NCBI RefSeq assembly: GCF_012295525.1
Contig: NZ_CP051167.1
Coordinates: 5,621,299 to 5,685,298, forward strand
Source: Oxynema aestuarii AP17
GTDB lineage: Bacteria; Cyanobacteriota; Cyanobacteriia; Cyanobacteriales; Laspinemataceae
Reading direction: 5' to 3'
DNA: 64,000 nt
The stretch's first letter is position 1, and every line of letters begins with the position of its first letter. The notes beneath the pieces are model-generated. The model made no database searches. It was given only the letters and a program-made list of their open reading frames with translations, and was not told the DNA's origin. The position numbers and the translations under genes are program-made. Shown here in pieces: positions 10,490 through 19,912 of this stretch.

Positions 10490-11611
10490 TAGCAGTCCTA
10501 AATGATTCATGGAAGCTTTTTTTGTTATAATATACACGGAAGATTCTCAATATCAGACAGACCTCATGAATATCATAGACGAGCTAGATAATTTCATTGA
10601 AAATACCACAAATACCAAAGAAATGAAGAGAGCATTGGCAGCCAAAATGAAATTATCTGGTCAACCCTCTAAGAAAATTGAAGAAATATTAAATGTTTCT
10701 TCGAGCTTCGTTAGTCAATGGAAAAATAAAGCAATTTTTGAGGGTGTTGAGAGTTTGAATCTTCAATACAAAGGAAGTAAAGGCTATCTAAAACCGGAAG
10801 AAAAAACACAAATCACTTCATGGATAAGACAACAAGAGTATTTGAGATTGTCTGACTTAAAACGATATTTGCAGCAAGAATACAACGTGATTTATTCTTC
10901 AAATCAAAGTTATTATGACTTGCTGAAAGCGGCTGGCATGAGCTGGAAAAAGTCGCAAAAAAAGAATCCAGCCAAAGATGAAAAGCTAGTCAAAAAAAAA
11001 GAAGAAGAAATTCAAAAGAAGCTTAAGGACTGGGAAGAGGATATCAAAGCTGGAAAGCTTGCTGTGTTTATGATTGATGAATGTCATCTTCTTTGGGGAG
11101 ACGTCTTGGGTTTTGTTTGGGGAAGAAAAGATATAAGAGTCGAAATTCCCATTAAAAACCAAAAAAGTCGCCAAAGTTATTATGGCGCTTTAGATTACCA
11201 AACTCATGAATTTATTCTTCAAGAATACCCGAAAGCCGATACCGACAATACCATTCAGTTTATACAATACTTACGAGAACAAAGACCGGGACAAAAATTA
11301 GCCATTTTTTGGGATGGTGCCAGGTATCACGACTCTCAACAATTTCGAGATTTTTTAAAAGAGCTAAATGAAGGCTTAGAAGAAGATGAATGGTTGATTA
11401 CTTGTACGAAGTTTGCTCCGAATGCTCCCGAGCAAAATCCAGTTGAAGATATTTGGCTGCAAACTAAAAATTTCTTGAGAACATTTTATTTTTTATGTGA
11501 TTCATTTAAAAGAGTTAAAGAGCTATTCAAGATATTTGCTGATGGCCAAGTTTTTGATTTCCCTAAGCTATATTCTTATGGATTTTTGCCACAAATGACT
11601 TAGGATTGCTA
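10490..11611 (+). mobile_element. IS630-family insertion sequence, copy 2, identical to copy 1. It is inserted in tandem with the MITE inside a DUF642 domain of the giant gene.
   Basis: The sequence is identical to copy 1, with TA at 10488-10489 and 11612-11613. Confidence 0.85.
10509..11603 (+). CDS. IS630-family transposase (copy 2).
   Basis: The 364-aa ORF is identical to the copy-1 transposase. Confidence 0.8.
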   Translation: MEAFFVIIYTEDSQYQTDLMNIIDELDNFIENTTNTKEMKRALAAKMKLSGQPSKKIEEILNVSSSFVSQWKNKAIFEGVESLNLQYKGSKGYLKPEEKTQITSWIRQQEYLRLSDLKRYLQQEYNVIYSSNQSYYDLLKAAGMSWKKSQKKNPAKDEKLVKKKEEEIQKKLKDWEEDIKAGKLAVFMIDECHLLWGDVLGFVWGRKDIRVEIPIKNQKSRQSYYGALDYQTHEFILQEYPKADTDNTIQFIQYLREQRPGQKLAIFWDGARYHDSQQFRDFLKELNEGLEEDEWLITCTKFAPNAPEQNPVEDIWLQTKNFLRTFYFLCDSFKRVKELFKIFADGQVFDFPKLYSYGFLPQMT

Positions 11612-14600
11612 TATTTTTATTGCCACTACCAATCCCTACAAATTCTGCCGACTGACCAGCTGCGGTTACAGTCATTGGTCTTTCGCTTCCTGCAGCAAGA
11701 AAACCATGAGCTGATAAGTCAAAAGTTACGAGGTAATCTTCGCCAGGAATAGTGTTAATCGTTTGTTTAATTCCCCCCGGACCTGGTGTACCATCAAGGT
11801 CAATACTATAATCACCATCAGAGGCTTGCCATAAACCTGTACCACAATGATCGACCGACCTCAGCATCACGTCCCAGCCTTCAAGTGTAGTCGAATTATA
11901 TCTTACTATTGTCCATGAATTTTTCGGGGCTGGTCCTCTTTCAAAACTCCCATTCTGAATTAAGTTTTCACCGATCGCCGGACTTAATAAAGGAAAGGTT
12001 TGTTCTAAACTAGAGGGAACTATTTCTCGAATCGTATAGGTATCCGCTGTCAAATTGGTAAATTGATAGGAGCCGGTTTCGTCTGTTAAAGGAGTGGCGG
12101 GATTATCTGTACTTGTTTTTGTGCTTGGTTCCTCAACATCTAACCTTCCATTATTATTCAAATCTAAATAAATTTCTACTCCAGCTAGTCCACTTTCTTC
12201 TGGGTCGAAAACACTGTTTTTATTAGAATCTAACCATTTAATTCCGCGAATTTCCCCTAAATCCGTCTGGTGGGCAACACTCAATTGAAAAATCTGAGTA
12301 TCAATTCCACCCTGAGTATCTTGCACCTCAACCGCAATCTCATATTCTCCCACATTGTCATCGGTTAAGTCGTTCCAACGAATTTCTCCAGTAATTGGGT
12401 CAACCGTCATTCCATCGGGAGGATTCACCAAGGAATAAGTCAGTTGGTCGTTTTCAGGGTCGAGCGCTCGGACTGAATAAAGATAATCGCTCCCCACATT
12501 GACTCGTTGTGAGGGTTCGCTAATAATAATTGGTGCGTAGTTCCCAGGCTTTTCTTGGATTAAAATATTGAAGGATTGCGTTACTTTTCCACCCCTGCCA
12601 TCTTCGGCATTCAGCGTTACTTTCTGTAAGCCTAGTTGTTGGGTATTGGGTTGCCAAGTTAAGGTTTGAGTTTCGGAATCAAAACTCATTCCTTCGGGCG
12701 CATTCATAACAGAAAAAGTCAGTTTATCCCTATCTGGGTCAGTAGCACTAATTTGATAGCGATACGGTTGATTGATATAAGCATCCACCACCGGCGTGGA
12801 CGTGAATATAGGGGGTCGATTCGGCGGAATTTCCGTCACTGACAGGGTAAAGCTTTGAACGTCTTTCCCCCCACGAGAATCCACTACCTCTACAACAACA
12901 GCATGAGTTCCAATCTCCTCAACCGTCGTCTCCCAAGTTATCACCCCAGTTTCTGAGTCAATTATCATCCCATTGGGAGCTGATAATAACGAATAACTCA
13001 ACCCATCATTATTCGCATCTTTGGCAATAACTTCATACCGATAAGAATTCCCTCCAATCGCTTCTAGTGGCGGTTTGCTTTCGATAACCGGGTCAGCATT
13101 TAACTGTCCAAGTACCGCCAATTCATAAGTAAATTGAACTCGATTGGGGTTGAAGAAGGTTAGCGAACCCAACTCAGTTATTTCAGTCGGGTCTAACTTT
13201 CCATCCTCGGCCAATTCAGAGAAATTATAATACGGCACTCCTTCTGGGGTAAATCCATCTGGGTTGCGCAGTAAAACTGTGGGGTCACTGATATTAGAAA
13301 CCGCCACCAATAAAGGCCCATCTACGCTATAATTGCCTTCATTGCGAATGGCAACTTCCGCATACAGTTCGTTGCTACTTTCATCAAAGCGGGTGCTTCT
13401 GTATTCTAAGGGGTTTGAAGGCGTAATATCAGTCAGCTTGCCAAACTCGGCTAACTCAATCGGCTGACTGCGATGATTGTCTTCACCGCTACTGACTGGC
13501 GGTTGTTGCTGAGTGCTTCCCACCAAGTTCAGGTTGCGGATGCTGACTGAGGTAGTCGTGTCGCGATCGCCATTCACCAATCGCAATACTAAATTAGCAC
13601 TTCCCGGACTCACCCCATTCAAATTGAGCGTCACCGTACCCGTACTTTCATTATATTCAACGCCAGCGGCTAATTTCGGTTCTTCCCCTTCGGTTAAATT
13701 AAAGAAAGCATCTCCCGAACCAATGGTATGCACCAAAGAATTCCCTTCTGCATCCAAAAGAGCGACTTCAAACGCATCGTTAATTGCATTACTATCGCTC
13801 CTGTCGAAATTGAGTGCAGCCAATGTAAAGACTAACTGAGAAGAAGTCTGTGGAATAGTCAATTCTTCTCGATGACTGACTGAAAAGTTTTCCCCTTCTA
13901 CCAAAACGATATCATCAACATTGCTAACTTCTGTGCGAGTAATGATGCGACTGGTAACGGTGGAATTGCCTGCGTCGTCAAGGGTTTGAATGGTAAAGGA
14001 ATTTTCCCCAACAGTAAGGTCAATTCCTGCAAAAGAGAATTGTCCCGTTGTATCCGCCGTGACGGTTGTGCCGGTTTCGATTAAAGTGACGGTAGCATTG
14101 GGTTCTGTCGTCCCTGTCAGGGTTACAGGTGATGCAGCGGTTTGAGCGTCGCCAGGGATATCGGTGTCGGATGCGGGGTCTAAGTCAAATGTCAGCGGAG
14201 GCGCGGTGGTATCTAGGGTAAAGTCATACTGGTACTCGGTAATGTTTCCCCATTCGTCAATGGCCTGCAAGTATAATGTGTGAGAGCCATCGGGGAGTGA
14301 ATCGCCGTAAATGGTGGCAAGTTGGGAAGGGGTGAGGGTAAAGTCGCCGGTTTCTAAAAGTTGCGAGTCAATGTTGATGAAGGAAGAGTTGTCAAAACTG
14401 GCAGTAAAACTAACAATGTGGAGAGGGTTGGTGAGAGTGCCAGTAATAGTCGGGTTGTAGGTTTTGCGATCGCTATCGGATATGCCAGTATCTTCTGCAA
14501 GTTTTGCGGTGATGATGGGAGACTGGTTGTTCTGTTCTGCGTAAGAAACGATTTGCTGTCCAATTTCAGAATTGCGCCAATCTGAATCGGGAGCAATCAC

Positions 14601-15146
14601 TTCATCCAGGTTAGTCACGATTCCGGTTGCAGCTGACATTTTGAAGGTGATATCGTTAAAGTCGGCATCCCCTCCAGGCAACCGTAAATCTTCCCAGGCA
14701 AATAAGTTCCCATCTCCAGTGACATCAACGAGTTGAGGTTGATGCAACGCTCGTTCCGGGTCACTGGGAGTTAACGAAAGGAAGGGTTTTTTGCTGCCAG
14801 TAACTTGCGGATTGTCAAAGAGTTCTTGGAGGGTGCCGTCAGGAATTAAAATTAAGCCAAATTCTGTTCCTTCCGGTAAAGAGAAAGTTTTCTCTCCTGA
14901 TTTGATGCCACGATTCCAATTGTAAGCTTCCAATTTTCCATCGAGTTTAGCCGCTTCTGTGGAGTCGGATATCAGAACATAACCTTCGTCGGAATTGGAG
15001 AGAGAACGTCTAGCGATTTCTTGGAAGAATTCAGCAGACCCCCATTCATATTCCGAGAGTCCAGCCATATTGAACAAACCGACAGTGCCTTGATAATAGC
15101 CGCCATCGAAGATGTATTCGATGTTAATAGAGCCAGTTTCTCCCAC
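11568..15146 (-). CDS. Giant cell-surface protein, upstream half (annotated from GTG at 15146). It contains a DUF4114 domain, He_PIG/cadherin-like Ig repeats, an SdrD-B-like domain, and the N-terminal two-thirds of a DUF642 domain that is truncated by IS copy 2. The last 8 codons come from the IS end. The same frame stays open upstream to about 16304 with no canonical start codon, across an acidic S/T/E/D repeat region.
   Basis: The DUF4114 motif is …DGGYYQGTVGLF…DLRLPGGDADFNDITF. SdrD-B is …GIKWLDSNKNSVFDPEESGLAGVEIYLD. DUF642 is LIQNGSFERGP…DYSIDLDG…YLVTFDLSAHG. By manual translation I found no stop in frame from 15147 to about 16304. Confidence 0.7.
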   Translation of the reverse strand: MGETGSINIEYIFDGGYYQGTVGLFNMAGLSEYEWGSAEFFQEIARRSLSNSDEGYVLISDSTEAAKLDGKLEAYNWNRGIKSGEKTFSLPEGTEFGLILIPDGTLQELFDNPQVTGSKKPFLSLTPSDPERALHQPQLVDVTGDGNLFAWEDLRLPGGDADFNDITFKMSAATGIVTNLDEVIAPDSDWRNSEIGQQIVSYAEQNNQSPIITAKLAEDTGISDSDRKTYNPTITGTLTNPLHIVSFTASFDNSSFINIDSQLLETGDFTLTPSQLATIYGDSLPDGSHTLYLQAIDEWGNITEYQYDFTLDTTAPPLTFDLDPASDTDIPGDAQTAASPVTLTGTTEPNATVTLIETGTTVTADTTGQFSFAGIDLTVGENSFTIQTLDDAGNSTVTSRIITRTEVSNVDDIVLVEGENFSVSHREELTIPQTSSQLVFTLAALNFDRSDSNAINDAFEVALLDAEGNSLVHTIGSGDAFFNLTEGEEPKLAAGVEYNESTGTVTLNLNGVSPGSANLVLRLVNGDRDTTTSVSIRNLNLVGSTQQQPPVSSGEDNHRSQPIELAEFGKLTDITPSNPLEYRSTRFDESSNELYAEVAIRNEGNYSVDGPLLVAVSNISDPTVLLRNPDGFTPEGVPYYNFSELAEDGKLDPTEITELGSLTFFNPNRVQFTYELAVLGQLNADPVIESKPPLEAIGGNSYRYEVIAKDANNDGLSYSLLSAPNGMIIDSETGVITWETTVEEIGTHAVVVEVVDSRGGKDVQSFTLSVTEIPPNRPPIFTSTPVVDAYINQPYRYQISATDPDRDKLTFSVMNAPEGMSFDSETQTLTWQPNTQQLGLQKVTLNAEDGRGGKVTQSFNILIQEKPGNYAPIIISEPSQRVNVGSDYLYSVRALDPENDQLTYSLVNPPDGMTVDPITGEIRWNDLTDDNVGEYEIAVEVQDTQGGIDTQIFQLSVAHQTDLGEIRGIKWLDSNKNSVFDPEESGLAGVEIYLDLNNNGRLDVEEPSTKTSTDNPATPLTDETGSYQFTNLTADTYTIREIVPSSLEQTFPLLSPAIGENLIQNGSFERGPAPKNSWTIVRYNSTTLEGWDVMLRSVDHCGTGLWQASDGDYSIDLDGTPGPGGIKQTINTIPGEDYLVTFDLSAHGFLAAGSERPMTVTAAGQSAEFVGIGSGNKNIAILSHLWQKSIRI

Positions 15147-16249
15147 TTGGAAAACCCCTTGGGAGAAGTTGGGGAAGGTTGGTTCGATTTCAGTAGGTAC
15201 GGTTTGAGCAACAACGTTGATGGTGAGGGAGTTGCTGTCGGATGGGGAGTCGTTATCTTCTAGAACAACTGATGCAGTTTCTCCGGAATCTGATGTAGAT
15301 TCGGTTGGATTGGATGTAGCGGGTGGAGCGGAGGGTTTAATTGCGGACGATTCGGTTTGAGATGAGTTGGGTCCTGAAGTGGGATCGATAATGAATTCGG
15401 TTGAAGCTGATGAAGTTGTCGAGGCTACTAAGTCTTCTTCAGCTAAATCGAGAGGTTCATCCTCATCTGAGTTGAAATCTGTGTCATCTGTGGTTAAAGA
15501 TGAGGAATTTGTTTCGGTTGAATCGAGTGAAGATTCTTCTGAATCTGGGGTCTCTTCTGCACTAGCAGGGGTGGTTGCTGAGTCGGACGAGGCAGGAGAT
15601 TCAGCCAGTATATCCTCATCCGATTGAAGAGCATTGGATGTTTCTTCTTCGCTGCTTTCATCCGCAAATTCTGTCGAATCAACTGTATCGGAGTTGGACT
15701 GGATTGAGGAGGAAGTTTCTAAGTTGGATTCTGTCGCTTCAACTGTGTCGGAGTCTGATACCGTTGAAGTTTCATCAGGAGATTCGGTCGGTTCGGATGT
15801 TTCAGTTGAAATCGAACTGGATTCTGTTAAATTGGATGTATCGGAGTCGCTAAGGATTGACGGTGAGGTTTCGGTTGAAACTGACGTGGATTCTACTCCG
15901 TTGTTGGGGTCGTCCGGTAAGAGAATGGACGATTCAGTTTCTTCAGGAATTGAAGTGAATTCAGTCGGCTCAACTGTTGTCTCATCAGATAGGAGAGTTT
16001 CTGATTCAGTTTCTTCGGGAATTGAGGTAGATTCTACCCCGTTGTCAGTGCTATCAATGTCAAGGTTTGACTCTACGGTTGAATCGTCCGCCGCTATTTC
16101 ATCACCATTCGGTTCTAACCCGTCAATTGTTTCTGAAACTTCGTCTGAAGCGCTTTCTGGGGTCGATTGAAGTAAAGCGGATTGTTCTTGGACGTAGGTG
16201 ATTATTTCTTGTCCGCTGGGAGTCGTGCGCCAGTCTAAATTAGGATTAA

Positions 16250-17119
16250 TTAATTCATCAAGGACTGTGGCGGTTCCGGTAGCTCCAAATAGGAAAAGAT
16301 GAGGTCATTGTAGTCGAGATCGCTTCCCACATCAACTCGCAAGTCTTCCATGACAAACAAATTGCCCTCTCCGGTGACATCAGCAATTTGTCCCACATGA
16401 AAGGCATCTTCTGGGTTGGCGGTGGCGAGGGAAAATAAAGGTCGTTTGTTCCCAGTCAATTCCGGATTTTCTTGAACTTCTTCGATTGTCCCATTGGGAA
16501 CAAGGATGATGCCAAATTTATCTCCAGGCTGCATCAAGAAGGTTTTGTTTCCTTCGTGTTTTCCCCAATTAAAATTGGTGGCTTCTTCTAAATCTCCGGT
16601 AAATTTGGCGGCTTCATTGGCGTCAGAGATGACGATATAACCTTGTTCGGAATGACTTAGCGCTCTTTTGGCAGCTTCTTTAATAAATTCTGCACTTCCC
16701 GGGACAAATTCTTCCATCCCGGTTAAACTGAAGATACCAATTTCACTTTGGTAAGCACCACCATCGTAGAGGAATTCGATGTTGACTTGTCCAGTATTGC
16801 CTACGACAAATATTCCAGATGTGAAGTCGGTATTTTGGACGGATGGAAGTGCTTCGCCGGTGAGGGGATCTATTGGAGAGTTGTTATCTGAACTGGGGAG
16901 TATGCTCGACTCAATATTATTAACTGATACTCCGTCGGTCAGCGAGGTGTCCTCAACTCCATATTGAGAGTTTATTGGGAATAACTCGCTACCAGTTGGC
17001 GGAGATTCTAATGGCTTTATTGGGTTGTTAAATGGGTCTACGGGATTGTCAACTAACCCGGATATTAAGGGGTCTCCCTGCGAGTCAGGAAATAACGATT
17101 CATTGTTTAAAATTTGCAT
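16250..17119 (-). CDS. DUF4114-domain protein (289 aa). It is a paralogue of the DUF4114 domain at the start of ORF 11568..15146. It is probably the true 5' end of the giant gene, separated from the long downstream frame by a -1 frame change within 16253-16304.
   Basis: …GQVNIEFLYDGGAYQSEIGIF…GNLFVMEDLRVDVGSDLDYNDLIF matches the downstream DUF4114 domain. The stop at 16250 overlaps the open downstream frame. Confidence 0.6.
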   Translation of the reverse strand: MQILNNESLFPDSQGDPLISGLVDNPVDPFNNPIKPLESPPTGSELFPINSQYGVEDTSLTDGVSVNNIESSILPSSDNNSPIDPLTGEALPSVQNTDFTSGIFVVGNTGQVNIEFLYDGGAYQSEIGIFSLTGMEEFVPGSAEFIKEAAKRALSHSEQGYIVISDANEAAKFTGDLEEATNFNWGKHEGNKTFLMQPGDKFGIILVPNGTIEEVQENPELTGNKRPLFSLATANPEDAFHVGQIADVTGEGNLFVMEDLRVDVGSDLDYNDLIFSYLELPEPPQSLMN

Positions 17120-17320
17120 GACGAGTTTCCATCCGTGCTTGTAGTTTAGATGGTGCTGCGTCCTGGCTTTTTTTGTAAAAAGTAGGATGCTCTAAGCGAA
17201 TTTTAAAAAACTTGAAAACTAATTTAACAACTCTATGCAATTTCCCTATCCGCACTTTTACTGAAGTTTTTAAGTTTTTTTGGGGAAGTTTTTGCCTAGG
17301 CTGTGTAAACTTTTCAGTAT

Positions 17321-17350
17321 TTTTACTTAGTTTTACTTAATTTTACTTAG
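17321..17350. repeat. Three tandem copies of a 10-bp unit (TTTTACTTAG/TTTTACTTAA/TTTTACTTAG) in the AT-rich region upstream of the giant gene.
   Basis: Read directly from the sequence. Confidence 0.7.
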
Positions 17351-18088
17351 GTTTAGCAATTAATTTGATACAATCTTTCTTTATAGAATGGGCTTTTGAA
17401 TGAATTTTAATCCTTGTAAATTAATGCAAAAAAAGTGACGAAAAACTGTTTTTGCCTGGGAAAAACATTGTTTTTGAGTAAGAATACTGATTTGGTTATA
17501 CAGAATACAGGAGTAGTGAGGGAAGGGGGATTTAATCGGGACGGTGGAGTTGGAGGGGTTGATGAGGGAGCCACAACCAAAGCGAAAAAGTTGGTGAGGG
17601 TAGCGCCAGGGGCGTCGCTCCCGTTCAGGAACGATTCCAGTTGCGAGCGCGAGGTTCGCTTCGGATCGCCATACCCGATCCCACATCAGTGTGCTTGTTA
17701 GTAGGCAGTTTCAGTTTTTCTTTGCCCGCGATGCTCCCCATCCCTGATTGCCAGCAACTATACCGGCAGGAACTGAAAACAGCAGCTTGTGTTAGGCGAT
17801 CGCAATCAGCTTGGACGACAAGAGCGCGATTAGAGGTCAAGCCAGTTTCCCAAATCCTTCCTTCCCCAGATAAGGCAAGCATGGATGGGTTGAACACAAG
17901 TCGGGCCAAAAATAATCGGAGACTTTTGGATAAACTGCCACAACGCATTCGGACAAGACAGAGCGATCGCCATCGCATAAAAATGGAGCAACCCTTGCGC
18001 TGTAAGGCTGCGAGGCTCCCGACGAGTTTGGGTGGGTTCAGCGATTTTGGTTGAGCCTCGCAACAGGGGTGGCAACCGTGGAAAGGAA

Positions 18089-18412
18089 TCACCAAAAATC
18101 TAGCTGGATCTGTGTCGGCGGGTCGAACTCGCCGGTTACCCGAGAGCAGATAGCCGGACCATACAGCTTTAACAGCCGGAGCAAATCCTCCAACTCTTCT
18201 CGGGTCATTGCGAATTTAGTAGGTTTCCCATAGCGGCGCTTGATGAATCCTCGCAACTCAGCCTTATCCAGCCCTTCAGCCGCCAGTTTGAGAAACAAAG
18301 CGTGGGCCAATTTCAGCAGTTCGTGGGAAGTCAGTTCGGTTGATGTTAGCTGGTCGGTGGGAGTCGCCACCTTGACCTTGCCAGCCAGAATCCGCACCAG
18401 CGATCGCAACAT
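18089..18412 (-). CDS. Hypothetical small protein (107 aa), probably mobile-element-associated. Iteron-like direct repeats lie in its upstream region.
   Basis: Supported only by the ORF and its context. It has no recognisable domain. Confidence 0.35.
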   Translation of the reverse strand: MLRSLVRILAGKVKVATPTDQLTSTELTSHELLKLAHALFLKLAAEGLDKAELRGFIKRRYGKPTKFAMTREELEDLLRLLKLYGPAICSRVTGEFDPPTQIQLDFW

Positions 18413-18448
18413 GGGAGTGGGGAGATGATTGCGATTGAAGTCAGCTGC

Positions 18449-18613
18449 TAAATTAAATGTCGTCTTGCCAAATTAATATCGCTGAACTTGATAGACAGCA
18501 ATCCCTCTGTGCATAAAGGTTCAGGCTATTTTTACACGAGGACCCACCCCAAACTAGGCTTGACAAATTAAATGTCGTCTTTTGTAATTTTGACCAATTA
18601 GATGTCGTTTCTT
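18449..18613. promoter_or_regulatory. Iteron-like direct repeats: AAATTAAATGTCGTCTT twice (18449, 18565) and CCAATTAGATGTCGTTTCTT once (18594).
   Basis: The units were found by eye. They lie upstream of the minus-strand ORF 18089..18412 and next to IS copy 3. Confidence 0.45.
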
Positions 18614-18733
18614 GTAAAAGGTATTGGCAAGCGATTGTAAGTAGGCTTCTTCTGCGCCATCGGCAACTGTTTAATCATTAATCAGATAACTGCCGAAACC
18701 GTGGGAGAAGCACCGACAAACTGATTGATGCTA

Positions 18734-19855
18734 TAGCAGTCCTAAATGATTCATGGAAGCTTTTTTTGTTATAATATACACGGAAGATTCTCAATATCAG
18801 ACAGACCTCATGAATATCATAGACGAGCTAGATAATTTCATTGAAAATACCACAAATACCAAAGAAATGAAGAGAGCATTGGCAGCCAAAATGAAATTAT
18901 CTGGTCAACCCTCTAAGAAAATTGAAGAAATATTAAATGTTTCTTCGAGCTTCGTTAGTCAATGGAAAAATAAAGCAATTTTTGAGGGTGTTGAGAGTTT
19001 GAATCTTCAATACAAAGGAAGTAAAGGCTATCTAAAACCGGAAGAAAAAACACAAATCACTTCATGGATAAGACAACAAGAGTATTTGAGATTGTCTGAC
19101 TTAAAACGATATTTGCAGCAAGAATACAACGTGATTTATTCTTCAAATCAAAGTTATTATGACTTGCTGAAAGCGGCTGGCATGAGCTGGAAAAAGTCGC
19201 AAAAAAAGAATCCAGCCAAAGATGAAAAGCTAGTCAAAAAAAAAGAAGAAGAAATTCAAAAGAAGCTTAAGGACTGGGAAGAGGATATCAAAGCTGGAAA
19301 GCTTGCTGTGTTTATGATTGATGAATGTCATCTTCTTTGGGGAGACGTCTTGGGTTTTGTTTGGGGAAGAAAAGATATAAGAGTCGAAATTCCCATTAAA
19401 AACCAAAAAAGTCGCCAAAGTTATTATGGCGCTTTAGATTACCAAACTCATGAATTTATTCTTCAAGAATACCCGAAAGCCGATACCGACAATACCATTC
19501 AGTTTATACAATACTTACGAGAACAAAGACCGGGACAAAAATTAGCCATTTTTTGGGATGGTGCCAGGTATCACGACTCTCAACAATTTCGAGATTTTTT
19601 AAAAGAGCTAAATGAAGGCTTAGAAGAAGATGAATGGTTGATTACTTGTACGAAGTTTGCTCCGAATGCTCCCGAGCAAAATCCAGTTGAAGATATTTGG
19701 CTGCAAACTAAAAATTTCTTGAGAACATTTTATTTTTTATGTGATTCATTTAAAAGAGTTAAAGAGCTATTCAAGATATTTGCTGATGGCCAAGTTTTTG
19801 ATTTCCCTAAGCTATATTCTTATGGATTTTTGCCACAAATGACTTAGGATTGCTA
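18734..19855 (+). mobile_element. IS630-family insertion sequence, copy 3, identical to copies 1 and 2, with TA duplications at 18732-18733 and 19856-19857. It is inserted in non-coding DNA.
   Basis: The sequence is identical to the other copies. Confidence 0.85.
18753..19847 (+). CDS. IS630-family transposase (copy 3).
   Basis: The 364-aa ORF is identical to the other two transposases. Confidence 0.8.
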   Translation: MEAFFVIIYTEDSQYQTDLMNIIDELDNFIENTTNTKEMKRALAAKMKLSGQPSKKIEEILNVSSSFVSQWKNKAIFEGVESLNLQYKGSKGYLKPEEKTQITSWIRQQEYLRLSDLKRYLQQEYNVIYSSNQSYYDLLKAAGMSWKKSQKKNPAKDEKLVKKKEEEIQKKLKDWEEDIKAGKLAVFMIDECHLLWGDVLGFVWGRKDIRVEIPIKNQKSRQSYYGALDYQTHEFILQEYPKADTDNTIQFIQYLREQRPGQKLAIFWDGARYHDSQQFRDFLKELNEGLEEDEWLITCTKFAPNAPEQNPVEDIWLQTKNFLRTFYFLCDSFKRVKELFKIFADGQVFDFPKLYSYGFLPQMT

Positions 19856-19912
19856 TATAGCGACATTAATCTGTCAACGGCGACAAATAATGTGGCAACC
19901 GATACGATCGCT

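Noticed and set aside
3454-16170. Numerous 60-190-aa plus-strand ORFs inside the giant minus-strand genes (e.g. 3454..4020, 4276..4707, 15634..16170)
   Set aside because: They are antisense to long domain-containing ORFs and are Arg/Ser-rich or low-complexity. They are shadow ORFs.
17625-18095. Overlapping ORFs on both strands (17625..18095 minus, 17641..18054 plus)
   Set aside because: They overlap each other, are Arg/Cys-rich and have no domains. The region is more likely non-coding or decayed. I tested a tRNA-like GGGTCGAACTC segment at about 18100 and found no matching acceptor stem.
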